Shown here: positions 18,535-28,403 of the stretch, one piece after another
Layout: each line of letters begins with the position of its first letter
Position numbering within the stretch: position 1 is the stretch's first letter
DNA from: an uncultured Gammaproteobacteria bacterium
GTDB lineage: Bacteria > Patescibacteriota > Patescibacteriia > S139-126
Direction of reading: 5' to 3'
DNA length: 64,000 bases
NCBI GenBank assembly: GCA_964620905.1
Contig: CAZUKA010000002.1
Location: 25,496 to 89,495 of the forward strand
Notes under the pieces: model-generated
Databases searched by the model: none
What the model saw: the letters and a program-made list of their open reading frames with translations, nothing else
Told to the model about the DNA's origin: nothing
Made by a program: the position numbers and the translations under genes

Positions 18535-19027
18535 TCACGCTTTCAATAAACAACAAAAATTTTTTTTGTTTTTTTTGCGAATATTTTTAGGTTTTATTTT
18601 TTTGTGGGCTTTTTTGGATAAAACTTTTGGCCTGGGTTTATCTACGCCAAAAAATCGTGCCTGGATTAGTGGCGGTTCTCCGACCGCCGGGTATCTGGGC
18701 AATTTACAAGGCTCACTAGCTAATGTTTTTAGTAATATGTCAGAAAGTTCAGTGGTTGCTTGGCTGTTTATGCTCGGGCTTTTGGGGGTGGGACTGGCTT
18801 TGCTGTTGGGCATTGGTATGAAAATAGCAGCTGCCGCGGGCAGTCTGATGATGTTTTTTATTTATTTATCGCAACTACCACTCAAAACCAACCCCTTTAT
18901 TGATCAACATTTGATTTATATTTTAGTTTTATGGATCTTGTTATTTTTTCAGGCCGGTGATTGTTTTGGTTTGGCTAAATGGTGGTCAGAATTGAAATTT
19001 ATAAAGAAGAATAATTGGTTAAAATAA
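18527..19027 (+). CDS. DoxX family membrane protein
   Basis: LRIFLGFIFLWAFLDK motif, 4 TM helices. Confidence 0.6.
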   Translation: MFNHAFNKQQKFFLFFLRIFLGFIFLWAFLDKTFGLGLSTPKNRAWISGGSPTAGYLGNLQGSLANVFSNMSESSVVAWLFMLGLLGVGLALLLGIGMKIAAAAGSLMMFFIYLSQLPLKTNPFIDQHLIYILVLWILLFFQAGDCFGLAKWWSELKFIKKNNWLK

Positions 19028-19028
19028 T

Positions 19029-19622
19029 ATGGATCAATTGGAAAAAGATTTAATGTTTATTTATGAGATTGGTACTTTGCGACATATTAAAAGAGCTTGG
19101 GAACAATTTTTAGCCCCTGGCTTTGCTAATATCACTGAGCATATTTTTCGTGTCACTTGGTTAGCTTTGTTGATAGCTAAACACGAACAAACGGGCGATG
19201 AAAACAAAATTATAAAAATGAGTTTAGTACATGATTTGCCAGAAGTACGTTGTGGTGATAGTCATCATATTTCTCGTCGTTACACTAAACGTGATGAACA
19301 AAAAGCAGCTAATGATTTATTTAGTAGTTTATCCGGGGGTGACCAATGGCAGAAATTATATGATGAATATGAACTTAGACAATGTATTGAAGCAAAAATA
19401 GTTAAAGATGCTGATAATTTGGACGTTGATTTAGAAATTGCTGAGCAGGATGCTAAGGGCAATAGTTTTAGAGAATTATATAAAGATAATCGTGAAACTG
19501 TGGCGCGTGATTACTTTACTGATACAGCAAAAAATTTATATCGTTTGATTATTTCCTCCAACCCTCACCAATGGCAAAAATTTTCTCGTAGTCGTTTTAA
19601 TGATGGTGATTGGAAACAGTAA
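19029..19622 (+). CDS. HD-domain phosphohydrolase (YfbR-like)
   Basis: H...HDLPE...D metal-binding pattern (VHDLPEVRCGD). Confidence 0.7.
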   Translation: MDQLEKDLMFIYEIGTLRHIKRAWEQFLAPGFANITEHIFRVTWLALLIAKHEQTGDENKIIKMSLVHDLPEVRCGDSHHISRRYTKRDEQKAANDLFSSLSGGDQWQKLYDEYELRQCIEAKIVKDADNLDVDLEIAEQDAKGNSFRELYKDNRETVARDYFTDTAKNLYRLIISSNPHQWQKFSRSRFNDGDWKQ

Positions 19623-19664
19623 AAGCAAAAGACAATTTTTAACTTATCAGACTGTTTTTTAGTT

Positions 19665-20936
19665 TTATAATTCTTGATAAAGAGGAAATTTAGTCGTTAA
19701 ATCAGTGACGATTTTTTTGACTTTGTTTTTGGTAACTTCATCGCCAATATTTTTTATAACCTCTACTATCAATTCGCCCACTAGTTTTGTTTCCTCTTCT
19801 TTTAAACCGCGGGTGGTGATTGCTGGAGTGCCCAGTCTTAAACCCGATGGGTCAGTTGGTTTTCTCTGTTCACCCGGGATACTATTTTTATTGGTATAAA
19901 TTCCCACTTCATCCAGAACAGTCTCTACCTCGCGACCGCTATGCCCGGTATTTGTTAGATCGATCAGTAATAAATGGTTGTCAGTTCCGCCACTGACTAA
20001 TTCCAAACCATTATCTTGTAAAGTTTGGGCCAATGTTTGGGCGTTGTTTATGACTTGTTGCTGATAGTTTTTGAATTCAGGCAACAGTACTTCTTTGAAA
20101 GCCACAGCTTTGGCAGCAATAATATGTTCTAGAGGGCCTCCTTGGGTGCCAGGAAAGACCGCACTGTCTACGCTCTGCGCCAAATCTTTTTTGGCCATTG
20201 GTTCTAAGCGATTTTTATTTTTACTTAAAATAATTGCCCCTCTAGGACCGCGTAAGGTTTTGTGAGTAGTAGCTGTTACTATATCAGCTAGGGGAATAGG
20301 ATCAGGATGAAGTCCAGTAGCAACAAGGCCAGCAATGTGAGCCATATCTACCATAAAATAAGCTCTGATTTCATCAGCAATTTCTTTGAAAGCAGAAAAA
20401 TTTATAGTTCGAGGATAGGCGGAAGCACCGGCTAAAATAAGTTTTGGTCGATGACGAAGAGCTAAATCTCTGACATCATCAAAGTCAATTAGTCCATTTT
20501 TAGTATTTACACCATAGTGAATAAAATGATAAAATTTTCCAGAAAAATTTACTTTATGTCCATGCGTCAAATGTCCCCCTTCAGATAAACTCATTGACAA
20601 TACCGTATCACCCACTTCAAGTAAAGCAAGATAAGCAGCCGCATTGGCTTGAGAGCCAGAGTGTGGCTGGACATTGACATGTTCAGCTTGAAAAATTTCT
20701 TGCGCTCGAGCAATAGCTAATTTTTCTATTTGGTCAATAAATTCATTGCCACCATAATATCTTTTGTCTGGATATCCTTCCGCATATTTATTGGTAAGTA
20801 TGCTACCGACTGCTTCCAATACTGCCTGGGAGACATAATTTTCCGAAGCAATCATTTCCAACCCCTTTCGTTGTCTAGATAACTCTTGGCTGATAATTTT
20901 GTATATTTCTGAGTCAAATTGTTGTAGGTGTTTCAT
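19665..20936 (-). CDS. glyA: serine hydroxymethyltransferase
   Basis: Full-length SHMT similarity including the PLP-lysine region ([12 protein letters not shown]). Start placed at MKHLQQFD; the ORF track extends to 20972. Confidence 0.9.
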   Translation of the reverse strand: MKHLQQFDSEIYKIISQELSRQRKGLEMIASENYVSQAVLEAVGSILTNKYAEGYPDKRYYGGNEFIDQIEKLAIARAQEIFQAEHVNVQPHSGSQANAAAYLALLEVGDTVLSMSLSEGGHLTHGHKVNFSGKFYHFIHYGVNTKNGLIDFDDVRDLALRHRPKLILAGASAYPRTINFSAFKEIADEIRAYFMVDMAHIAGLVATGLHPDPIPLADIVTATTHKTLRGPRGAIILSKNKNRLEPMAKKDLAQSVDSAVFPGTQGGPLEHIIAAKAVAFKEVLLPEFKNYQQQVINNAQTLAQTLQDNGLELVSGGTDNHLLLIDLTNTGHSGREVETVLDEVGIYTNKNSIPGEQRKPTDPSGLRLGTPAITTRGLKEEETKLVGELIVEVIKNIGDEVTKNKVKKIVTDLTTKFPLYQEL

Positions 20937-20995
20937 GTAGGTAATTTTAATCATTGCCATCACATTTGGCAAATAAAAAACCCCCTTAGAGAGGG

Positions 20996-21337
20996 TTATA
21001 TTTTGATTCTGAGTCTTTTAAGACTTGGTTTTTTTATTGTTGGAAATTTTTCCAATAATTTCTTTATTTTTATATAGTCGCTAGGATTAATGTATATGAC
21101 ACTATAAAAACATTCGTCTTGATATCTGAACTCATTTTTCATGTAGCAGTTTGGGTTATCGGGAATTTTTTGTTTGCTATTTTTACTCCAGCCATTTTTT
21201 TTAAAGTCTTCATGCTTGACTGTTCTATCGCGATATTTTTTATTGATGTTTTGTTCAAATAAAGATTCAAACTCTGAAAAAAATTTTCTTGGTATGATTA
21301 GAGGTATTTGCAAAAAAGCAATAATTCTTAGTTCCAT
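20996..21337 (-). CDS. hypothetical protein (113 aa)
   Basis: ORF only; no recognisable motif. Confidence 0.4.
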   Translation of the reverse strand: MELRIIAFLQIPLIIPRKFFSEFESLFEQNINKKYRDRTVKHEDFKKNGWSKNSKQKIPDNPNCYMKNEFRYQDECFYSVIYINPSDYIKIKKLLEKFPTIKKPSLKRLRIKI

Positions 21338-21430
21338 TTTATTTCCCTTTTTAATGAATGAATGTCTTAGTGTAGATTATTTTTGTTTAATTGTCAACTC
21401 AGTTTTTAGTTTAAGATCCAATTTAACTAT

Positions 21431-21454
21431 AAAACCGCCTTTGGAGCGGTTTTT
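21431..21454. terminator. bidirectional terminator (aaaaccgcctttggagcggttttt)
   Basis: Perfect 8-bp stem with a T-run, placed at the 3' end of the elp3-like gene. Confidence 0.7.
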
Positions 21455-23066
21455 ATAGTTTTTTTACCATATAGGTGCCTTGCAGATGATAACCCAATTT
21501 TTTACGATAGTATTCTCTGACTCCAATGCCGGCAATAACAGCCATTTTTTTAAAGCCATTTTTTTGAGCAATATTTTCCGCTTCTTGCATCAATCTTTTA
21601 CCTAAGCCTCGATGTTGAACTTTGTCAGAGTTATTACTATCATGACGAACCAATTCACCATAAACATGTAGTTCTCTGACTAGGGCAGCATTTTTTATTT
21701 CTGGAAACAAAACTTTGTTTTGTTTTGCATTTAGACGCAAACGCACAAAACCATAGATGGCAGTACGGTTTTTATTTTCCAAAGAAATAAAAAATTCTTT
21801 ACCCCCGCCAGCTTCATATTCATCAAGAAACAATTGGGCTTTATCCAAGTCATTACTTTGGTAGCGGGCTTCGCGACAACGAATACAGTGGCAGCGCAAG
21901 TTTCTTTTTTTTAGTTCCGCCTGTAGCATTTCGCGCAGATTGGTTATTTTATTACCAGCGCGGATACTTTGTTCAGGAAAATCACGAATCAGCCGATTGA
22001 TGCGACAGTAGAAAGGAACAATTTGTTTTAATTCTAGTAGTAGGTCAAATAGTTTTTTTTCAGGGTAAGGTTGGTATTTACCAGATTGATACCATTCATA
22101 AAGTGGGGCAAATTCACTGACAATGGTTGGATAAATTTTGATTTGGTCGGGACGAAAATTTGGGTCGGCGAAAATTTGCCATAAAGTTTTTTTGTCTTTT
22201 GCCAAAGTTGCACCCGGTAGGTTCTGCATAACATGATGATCAATTTTAAAACCATTTTCACGCAAGCGTCTGGTAGCAATAATTGAATCTTTGATCAAAT
22301 GTCCGCGAACTATTAAATCCAAAATTTTATCATCCAGTATTTGAATGCCAAGTTGTACTCTAGTGCAACCCAAAGTGCGTAGTCTTTTGGTTTCTTTTTC
22401 GGTCACCCAATCTGGCCTAGTTTCCAAAGTAATACCAATGATGCGGTAGGTTGCGGTTTCATTTATTTTTTGAGCTTGGGATAAACTGTAAGAACGGTAT
22501 TTTTTTGGAATGGATTTATTAGCAAAGACATAGGGGAAATAGTTGGCTGCTTCAAAACAACGTTTGATGAACCATTGTTGGTAAGACCAAGGATAAGCTG
22601 ACCAAGTGCCACCTAACACCAAAAGTTCTATTTTGTCTGGTTCATGACCATTGAGAAAAAGTGCTCGCATGCGATTGTGGACTTGCCAGTAAGGATCAAA
22701 TTTATTAGCAACAGCCCGCATCGCTCCTGGTTCAGTAGAGAGATAACTCTTGGGCATCCCAGGTTCCAACGGACAATAGATACATTTTCCTGGACAGGGA
22801 TAGGGTTTGGTAAGCACAGTAATAGGTGTTACCCCGGACAAGGTTCGGGTAGCCCTAACTTTTAGTAGTTCATTGATTTTTTGTTGCGGTTTTACTTTTT
22901 TATTTTTTATAAGCTTTTGATATACTAAACGTAGCTCGTTTTTTGGTTGAGGCGGTAGTTTATAATGAGTGGAAATTTTTCTGTTAATAGCTAAAAATTG
23001 CTCTTCGGTAGTAGTCGGATGAGCAAGTAGAGCATTGATAATTTCTTGTTGGGCAACTTGTTTCAT
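21453..23066 (-). CDS. Elp3-like radical-SAM/GNAT acetyltransferase (tRNA wobble-uridine modification)
   Basis: Radical-SAM cysteine cluster (CPGKCIYCP), Elp3 central region, C-terminal GNAT (QHRGLGKRLMQEAE). Start placed at MKQVAQQ. Confidence 0.8.
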   Translation of the reverse strand: MKQVAQQEIINALLAHPTTTEEQFLAINRKISTHYKLPPQPKNELRLVYQKLIKNKKVKPQQKINELLKVRATRTLSGVTPITVLTKPYPCPGKCIYCPLEPGMPKSYLSTEPGAMRAVANKFDPYWQVHNRMRALFLNGHEPDKIELLVLGGTWSAYPWSYQQWFIKRCFEAANYFPYVFANKSIPKKYRSYSLSQAQKINETATYRIIGITLETRPDWVTEKETKRLRTLGCTRVQLGIQILDDKILDLIVRGHLIKDSIIATRRLRENGFKIDHHVMQNLPGATLAKDKKTLWQIFADPNFRPDQIKIYPTIVSEFAPLYEWYQSGKYQPYPEKKLFDLLLELKQIVPFYCRINRLIRDFPEQSIRAGNKITNLREMLQAELKKRNLRCHCIRCREARYQSNDLDKAQLFLDEYEAGGGKEFFISLENKNRTAIYGFVRLRLNAKQNKVLFPEIKNAALVRELHVYGELVRHDSNNSDKVQHRGLGKRLMQEAENIAQKNGFKKMAVIAGIGVREYYRKKLGYHLQGTYMVKKL

Positions 23067-23069
23067 AAT

Positions 23070-23810
23070 ATGAAAAAAAACAAAGCGGAAAAAATAATTA
23101 AGCAACTAGCAGTTGGCTATGATCTCATTGCGGACGATTTTTCCGAATCAAGATACAAAATCTGGCCGGAAATGACTGTTTGGCAAAAGCATATTCTGGC
23201 GGGACAAAAAATTTTAGATATTGGCTGTGGTAATGGTCGGATGATGCAACTTTTGACTGATAAAAATATTGAATATGTTGGTTTTGATATTTCCGGTAAA
23301 CTCATCAATATCGCGCGCGACAAGTGTCAGCAGTATAGCTTTAAAACAGTTGATTTTCAAGTCGGTGATATGAGGAATCTGCCTTATCAGGAAAATATAT
23401 TTGATATCATATTGGCCGTAGCGGTACTACATCATTTACCTCATCCTGATAATCGTTGGCAAGCGTTACAGGAGATTTATCGGGTTTTAAAACCGGGTGG
23501 TTTGTTACTTATGAATAATTGGTATTTTTGGAACGCTTATGCCAATAAAAAATATCAAATAAAAAAACAGATCTTAGTCAATTGGTGGCGGGGATTGGAA
23601 AAGCAAGGGTTGTTTATCCCTTGGAAAAATACAAACGGACAACCAATAATGAATCGTTATTACTATGCTTACAAAAAAAAAGAATTAGCCCACCTTTTAA
23701 ATCAATCTGGATTTTTAGTTGTTAGCCACCAAGTAGTTGGACGTCAAATAATAGAAAATAAAACCGCCAAGTTTGAAAGTTTATTGACAGTAGCTCAAAA
23801 ACCCAACTGA
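23070..23810 (+). CDS. class I SAM-dependent methyltransferase
   Basis: ILDIGCGNGRMMQLL (motif I) and LKPGGLLL (post-I/II). Start placed at MKKNKAEK. Confidence 0.7.
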   Translation: MKKNKAEKIIKQLAVGYDLIADDFSESRYKIWPEMTVWQKHILAGQKILDIGCGNGRMMQLLTDKNIEYVGFDISGKLINIARDKCQQYSFKTVDFQVGDMRNLPYQENIFDIILAVAVLHHLPHPDNRWQALQEIYRVLKPGGLLLMNNWYFWNAYANKKYQIKKQILVNWWRGLEKQGLFIPWKNTNGQPIMNRYYYAYKKKELAHLLNQSGFLVVSHQVVGRQIIENKTAKFESLLTVAQKPN

Positions 23811-23855
23811 TTTATTTTTTTCTTTTAAAATGTTAAAATAAGAAAAACAACAACT

Positions 23856-25010
23856 ATGAAAAAAATATTATTATTTATTGTTATTGTAATATTTTTTGGG
23901 GGTAGTACAGCTAGTGCCCAAACTATCAATGATAACCATTTTGCCAGCGGTGAAAATTTAGTAATTGAGGGTAATTATCAAAAAGATTTATTTTTATTTG
24001 GTACCAATATAAATTTTGCCGGTACGGTTAGAGGTGATTTATTTTTATTTGGACAAAATATTAAAATCAGAGGAGATGTTGAAGGCAACGTTTTTTTCTT
24101 AGCTGGAAATATTGAATCTGATACTTATATCGGTGGATCACTTAGAGGGGTTGCGCAACAAGTGAGTTTGAAAAATAGGATAGGAAAAAATGTCACCTTG
24201 GTTGCCCAAACGATTGATTCTACTGCTCTGGTTGGTTGGCATGGCTATTTTACCGCCACCAATATGAATATTGGCGGTGAATTTGAACGTTTAGATGTTA
24301 AGGCAGTTAAGGCTGAGCTTGGACCAAGGGTATATTCGGCATTGGTTATTTCCAGCCCAACCCCTAATAGTCGAATAGTTATTAGTAAAACAGCCGAAAT
24401 TGATGGTAATCTTGACTATCAAGGACCAAATAAATTGCAGGTAGATGAGGGAGCGGTAATCCACGGTCAAGTAAGTGAAAATTTATTGACTGTAAAAAAA
24501 TATCAGCAATTTTCTTTTGACAAGATTTTTTGGTGGCTAGTGTTTTTGTTTGGCTTATTGGCGGTTGGTTTGGTTCTTATTAATTTTTTGGATGTAAAAA
24601 TTTTAACTTTCAATAACATTATCACCACGGAAAAATTTAGTTTGCTAACTTCGGGTCTGGCGATATTTTTTCTGGTGCCATTGTTGATAATAATATTATT
24701 TGTCAGTTTTATTGGCATCCCCTTGTCTTTGCTATTATTGTTTATTTATTTTGCCTTGTTTTACTTAGTACAGGTTTTATTGGCAATTTGGTTGGGTGAT
24801 TTATTATTGAGTAAAGTAAGCAATAAACCAAAATTGACTCCAATAAATAAAAAATATTTATTTTGGTGTCTAGTAGTAGGAGCAGTAATTTGGCGGCTAT
24901 TGCTGATTGTTCCGGTGTTTGGTAGTTTGTTGCATTTATTATTCTTTTTACTTTTATTGGGCGCCATTTGGCGAAAATATAAGTTGAGTCTTAAAGAAAC
25001 GAAAATATGA
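23856..25010 (+). CDS. secreted/membrane protein with bactofilin-like beta-helical repeats and C-terminal multi-TM region
   Basis: Signal peptide, repeated G-x-V/I-x-G-D/N-hydrophobic units (GTVRGDLFLFGQNIKIRGDVEGNVFFLAGNIESD), 4 C-terminal TM helices. Confidence 0.5.
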   Translation: MKKILLFIVIVIFFGGSTASAQTINDNHFASGENLVIEGNYQKDLFLFGTNINFAGTVRGDLFLFGQNIKIRGDVEGNVFFLAGNIESDTYIGGSLRGVAQQVSLKNRIGKNVTLVAQTIDSTALVGWHGYFTATNMNIGGEFERLDVKAVKAELGPRVYSALVISSPTPNSRIVISKTAEIDGNLDYQGPNKLQVDEGAVIHGQVSENLLTVKKYQQFSFDKIFWWLVFLFGLLAVGLVLINFLDVKILTFNNIITTEKFSLLTSGLAIFFLVPLLIIILFVSFIGIPLSLLLLFIYFALFYLVQVLLAIWLGDLLLSKVSNKPKLTPINKKYLFWCLVVGAVIWRLLLIVPVFGSLLHLLFFLLLLGAIWRKYKLSLKETKI

Positions 25011-25855
25011 GTTTAGATATTAAAGTCAGAAAAAAAACCAACCCTTCCAATTCAAAAAATATGGTGGCAAATCCCATCAAACCAGAAATTGTTAAATCAA
25101 ATAAAACTACCAATCAACCGCCTCCACCAGAAAAAAAATCCAAACAGAAAAAGTACAAGAATTTCTGGTGGTGGTTTTTGTTTTTGATTTTATTTTTTGT
25201 TTTTGTCATTATTTTATTTTTTATCTGGCAACAAAGTAAGGAAGGCATATTAAATACAGGACAGTCAAAACAGGCAACACCTGGTATTGTTTCAACTTTT
25301 ACTCCACCAGTGGTGTTAGATGATTCTACTTCCCCAAACAACCAGACAAGTGAAGATTTTGATTTTGATCTCTTGACTGGTAGAGTTGATGATTTTGATC
25401 AGGTATTTACGGAAGTAAGTTATAATTTATCTGCTACTAGTACTGGTTTCGCTACTGGTAGTGCTAAAGTTTTAGAAACTGAAGAAATCAATAAGCGTTT
25501 TGTTGATTTATTTAAACAAGCTAAAGAGTTATATATTTTTTTGGATAAACAAGTGATGCAATTGAAAGATAAACTTGAAGAAAATAACTTGAATGGTGAT
25601 AGTATTGATGATTATTTAAATAATAGTGATGATTTTTTATCGCGTATTTCCGGTGAATTGCAAGTGATGGAGGCATTTTTAGAACTTGATGAAAATCAAA
25701 ATTTTGCCAATGAAATTATGATATCTTTCAAAAATATGAATGATTATTTTAAACAAATCAGAAATATGACCAAATTAATCAATCAGCAGATTACAGAAAA
25801 TTTAAACATTGATTCCGATATTTCTACTAGTACAGCTACCTCTACTTTAAATTAG
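25007..25855 (+). CDS. hypothetical membrane-anchored protein (282 aa)
   Basis: Single TM after a Pro/Lys-rich N-terminus; acidic low-complexity C-terminal half. Confidence 0.45.
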   Translation: MSLDIKVRKKTNPSNSKNMVANPIKPEIVKSNKTTNQPPPPEKKSKQKKYKNFWWWFLFLILFFVFVIILFFIWQQSKEGILNTGQSKQATPGIVSTFTPPVVLDDSTSPNNQTSEDFDFDLLTGRVDDFDQVFTEVSYNLSATSTGFATGSAKVLETEEINKRFVDLFKQAKELYIFLDKQVMQLKDKLEENNLNGDSIDDYLNNSDDFLSRISGELQVMEAFLELDENQNFANEIMISFKNMNDYFKQIRNMTKLINQQITENLNIDSDISTSTATSTLN

Positions 25856-25957
25856 AAATTATATTTTACCAGTGATTGATGGTTATTTGTTATTTTGAGA
25901 GTAATAGATTATTTTTTAAATTTTGCTATAATTATATTATTAAATAATAAACATTTT

Positions 25958-26185
25958 ATGGCCGACAAAGTCAAAAAAATTGAGGTCGATCGTGAGTTAT
26001 GTATTGGTGCTGCTTCATGTGTTGGTATTGCGCCGGAGGCTTATGAGTTAGATGAAGAAAACATTGCTATTGTTAAGCAGGGCTGGGAATCATTATCAGA
26101 CGAAACGCTAATTGCTTCAGCAGAAAGTTGTCCGACTAAAGCTATTTTTGTTTACGGTGCCAACAACGAACAAATTTTTCCTTAA
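25958..26185 (+). CDS. 4Fe-4S single-cluster ferredoxin
   Basis: CIGAASCVGIAPEAY ... ESCPTKAI cysteine pattern. Start placed at MADKV. Confidence 0.7.
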   Translation: MADKVKKIEVDRELCIGAASCVGIAPEAYELDEENIAIVKQGWESLSDETLIASAESCPTKAIFVYGANNEQIFP

Positions 26186-26224
26186 GTTCGTAAGGTTAAA
26201 TTTCGTAAGGTTAAATATTTTTTT

Positions 26225-26566
26225 ATGAGATTTATTTTCCGTTGGTTAATTAATGCCTTATTACTTTTATTGGTGGCATATGTTTTTCCAGGTATAGAAG
26301 TGACTAGTTTTTATATTGCTCTAATTACCGCGGCTGTTTTGGGATTGGTAAATGCTTTGATTCGACCAATTATTATACTAATTACTTTACCTATAAATTT
26401 ACTTACCTTGGGGTTATTTATCTTAGTTATCAATGCCTTATTGTTTTTATTTGTTGCTTCTTTTATTGATGGTTTCACGATTACTGATTTTTGGTCGGCT
26501 TTTTGGGGAGCGCTATTTTTGAGTTTAGGTTCTTGGTTTTCCAATAAATTTATTGCCAAAAATTAA
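26225..26566 (+). CDS. YvlD/DUF360 (phage-holin-4-like) membrane protein
   Basis: LLVAYVFPGIEV...LGLVNALIRPIIILITLPINLLTLGLFILVINALLF pattern characteristic of DUF360. Confidence 0.6.
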   Translation: MRFIFRWLINALLLLLVAYVFPGIEVTSFYIALITAAVLGLVNALIRPIIILITLPINLLTLGLFILVINALLFLFVASFIDGFTITDFWSAFWGALFLSLGSWFSNKFIAKN

Positions 26567-26568
26567 TT

Positions 26569-27180
26569 ATGGGCAATTTTTTTAACAAATTAATTCCAAA
26601 ATTGAGACAAGAATTTATCCTGGTAATTTTTTTATTGGCCGGTTATGCCGTTGCCCAACTAGATCTAAATCAAATTCAGGTTTCAATGATTTACAGTGCT
26701 TTATTGTTTTTGTTGGTGGTATGGTTGATAAAGATTTTTATCAGAGAAGATTTTACTAGGTATTATAAAAGTTTTATTATTTTGGTGTCTGGCATAGCGA
26801 TGTTGGCAATAGGTTTATATTCTTTTATTAGTTATTATTTACAAATTATTGCCAATCAAACCTATTCAATCATTGAATATTTTTATCTTTTTTTTCCAGG
26901 GTGGGTAATGTTGGAAGGTGCGCTAATGTTATTTATATTAAATTTTGATAGTGCTATCAAAAGTTTTGATTTAGCTGGTAAGGTAGAAATTACCGAACCG
27001 TTATTAGGTGATTATTTGACGGTAGCCCTAGCTACCGTAGTATTGATTATTTTGGGAGATTTTATTCTTGATTTTCCTTGGCATTTGAATATCTGTTTAG
27101 TGCTCACGGTTAATTTGATAGTTATTAACCAATTTGCTGGACAAGTTGATCAACCCAAAAAAATTAAAGAAAAAAAATAA
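26569..27180 (+). CDS. hypothetical polytopic membrane protein (203 aa)
   Basis: Five hydrophobic segments. Confidence 0.4.
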   Translation: MGNFFNKLIPKLRQEFILVIFLLAGYAVAQLDLNQIQVSMIYSALLFLLVVWLIKIFIREDFTRYYKSFIILVSGIAMLAIGLYSFISYYLQIIANQTYSIIEYFYLFFPGWVMLEGALMLFILNFDSAIKSFDLAGKVEITEPLLGDYLTVALATVVLIILGDFILDFPWHLNICLVLTVNLIVINQFAGQVDQPKKIKEKK

Positions 27181-27242
27181 TGTGGCAGAATATTTTAAAT
27201 TTTATTTTAATGTTATTTGAGCAGATTATAGATCTTCGAAAG

Positions 27243-27270
27243 TAAAAATCCGCATGTTGTGCGGATTTTT
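27243..27270 (+). terminator. rho-independent terminator (aaaaatccgcatgttgtgcggatttttt)
   Basis: 8-bp stem with a T-run. Confidence 0.7.
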
Positions 27271-27353
27271 TAAAATTAAAAAAATTTAGTTAATAAAGTT
27301 TAAATTCTAACTTTTCCTAAATTATCTCATTTAAATCACTTCAACCCTAAATT

Positions 27354-28016
27354 TTAGGTTTTATTTATTTTGTGCCATAACCACCACGAATAGCCCATAG
27401 TAAAAAAAACAGTTAAAAAAATTGTTAGTCCAAAAATCCAAATATAAATTTTAGGATCAAATAAAATTCCTAAGATCATCAATAAGCCAGATAGAAAAAA
27501 TATTTTTCCACCTAGACGGTGAGTTTTATTCCAGATCTCTTCGTTGGCCAGAGTCCAAGGCGTACGAATACCTACAAACCAGTTTTTTTTCACTTTAGGT
27601 AGCAGATTCCCAATTACCATAAACAATAAACCAATACTCAAAGGAACAATTTTAGCGATTGGTACATTGTAACCGAGACAGTTGCAGGAGCTTGCTAAAT
27701 AAAGCAGAGTAAAAAGAGTTACTAAAGATAAGCGAATAGATTGGTAAGCCGTGGAAAATTCCTCATAACGTTTTTTAAAAGGATCAAATAAAGGTAAATA
27801 TAAAAGTAATAAATATAAAAATAGAATAAGCCCGGGGAAGAAAAAAGCAGCAAAAGTTTTATTTGACCAACCATCTGGTTGTCCGGCTAAATTCCAATGG
27901 ACTGGAACAGAATCGGGAAAATTAGAAAAAAAATAAATACTAGCCAGGAAGTTTATAATTATTAAAATTACTGCCCATTGTTCTTTTTGCCAATTGATCT
28001 GGTAAGGTAATTTCAT
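27354..28016 (-). CDS. SdpI/YhfL-family membrane protein (DUF1648)
   Basis: N-terminal DUF1648-like VPVHWNLAGQPDGWSNK motif and multiple TM helices. Located downstream of an ArsR-type regulator gene. Confidence 0.6.
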   Translation of the reverse strand: MKLPYQINWQKEQWAVILIIINFLASIYFFSNFPDSVPVHWNLAGQPDGWSNKTFAAFFFPGLILFLYLLLLYLPLFDPFKKRYEEFSTAYQSIRLSLVTLFTLLYLASSCNCLGYNVPIAKIVPLSIGLLFMVIGNLLPKVKKNWFVGIRTPWTLANEEIWNKTHRLGGKIFFLSGLLMILGILFDPKIYIWIFGLTIFLTVFFTMGYSWWLWHKINKT

Positions 28017-28024
28017 ATAGTAAG

Positions 28025-28291
28025 TTAATATTTAGTAAATATTTTTGTCAGTTGGCTGATAATTTCTTCTAGCACCGATAGGTTAAGACTATAAATAATA
28101 TTTTTTCCTTGACGTCGACGGGAAATAAGACCGACAGTATATAGAATATTTAGATGGTAAGAAAGTGAAGCTCCACTTATACTAAAATGAGATAACAGTT
28201 CGCTGACCGACAAATCCTTTTTTTTGAGCAAGTTTAGGATTTTTTGTCGATTGCTGTCGGCTAGAGCCCAAATGATATTTTTGGTGGACAT
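28025..28291 (-). CDS. ArsR/SmtB-family transcriptional repressor (SdpR-like)
   Basis: Winged HTH (LSVSELLSHFSISGASLSYHLNILYTVGLISRRRQGKNIIYSL). The ORF track start is 9 nt further upstream at 28300. Confidence 0.7.
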   Translation of the reverse strand: MSTKNIIWALADSNRQKILNLLKKKDLSVSELLSHFSISGASLSYHLNILYTVGLISRRRQGKNIIYSLNLSVLEEIISQLTKIFTKY

Positions 28292-28325
28292 AAATAACAT
28301 TTAGATATATATCTAAATGTTATTT
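28292..28325. promoter_or_regulatory. perfect 34-bp palindrome (17-bp arms) at the 5' end of the ArsR-family gene; putative autoregulatory operator
   Basis: aaataacatttagatat|atatctaaatgttattt. Confidence 0.55.
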
Positions 28326-28403
28326 TATTTAGACTTATTTGTCAATAGATGTTTTTTAAAGTAGTGTTTTTTGTGTTATAATAATTATGAATTTTAAAAC
28401 CCT

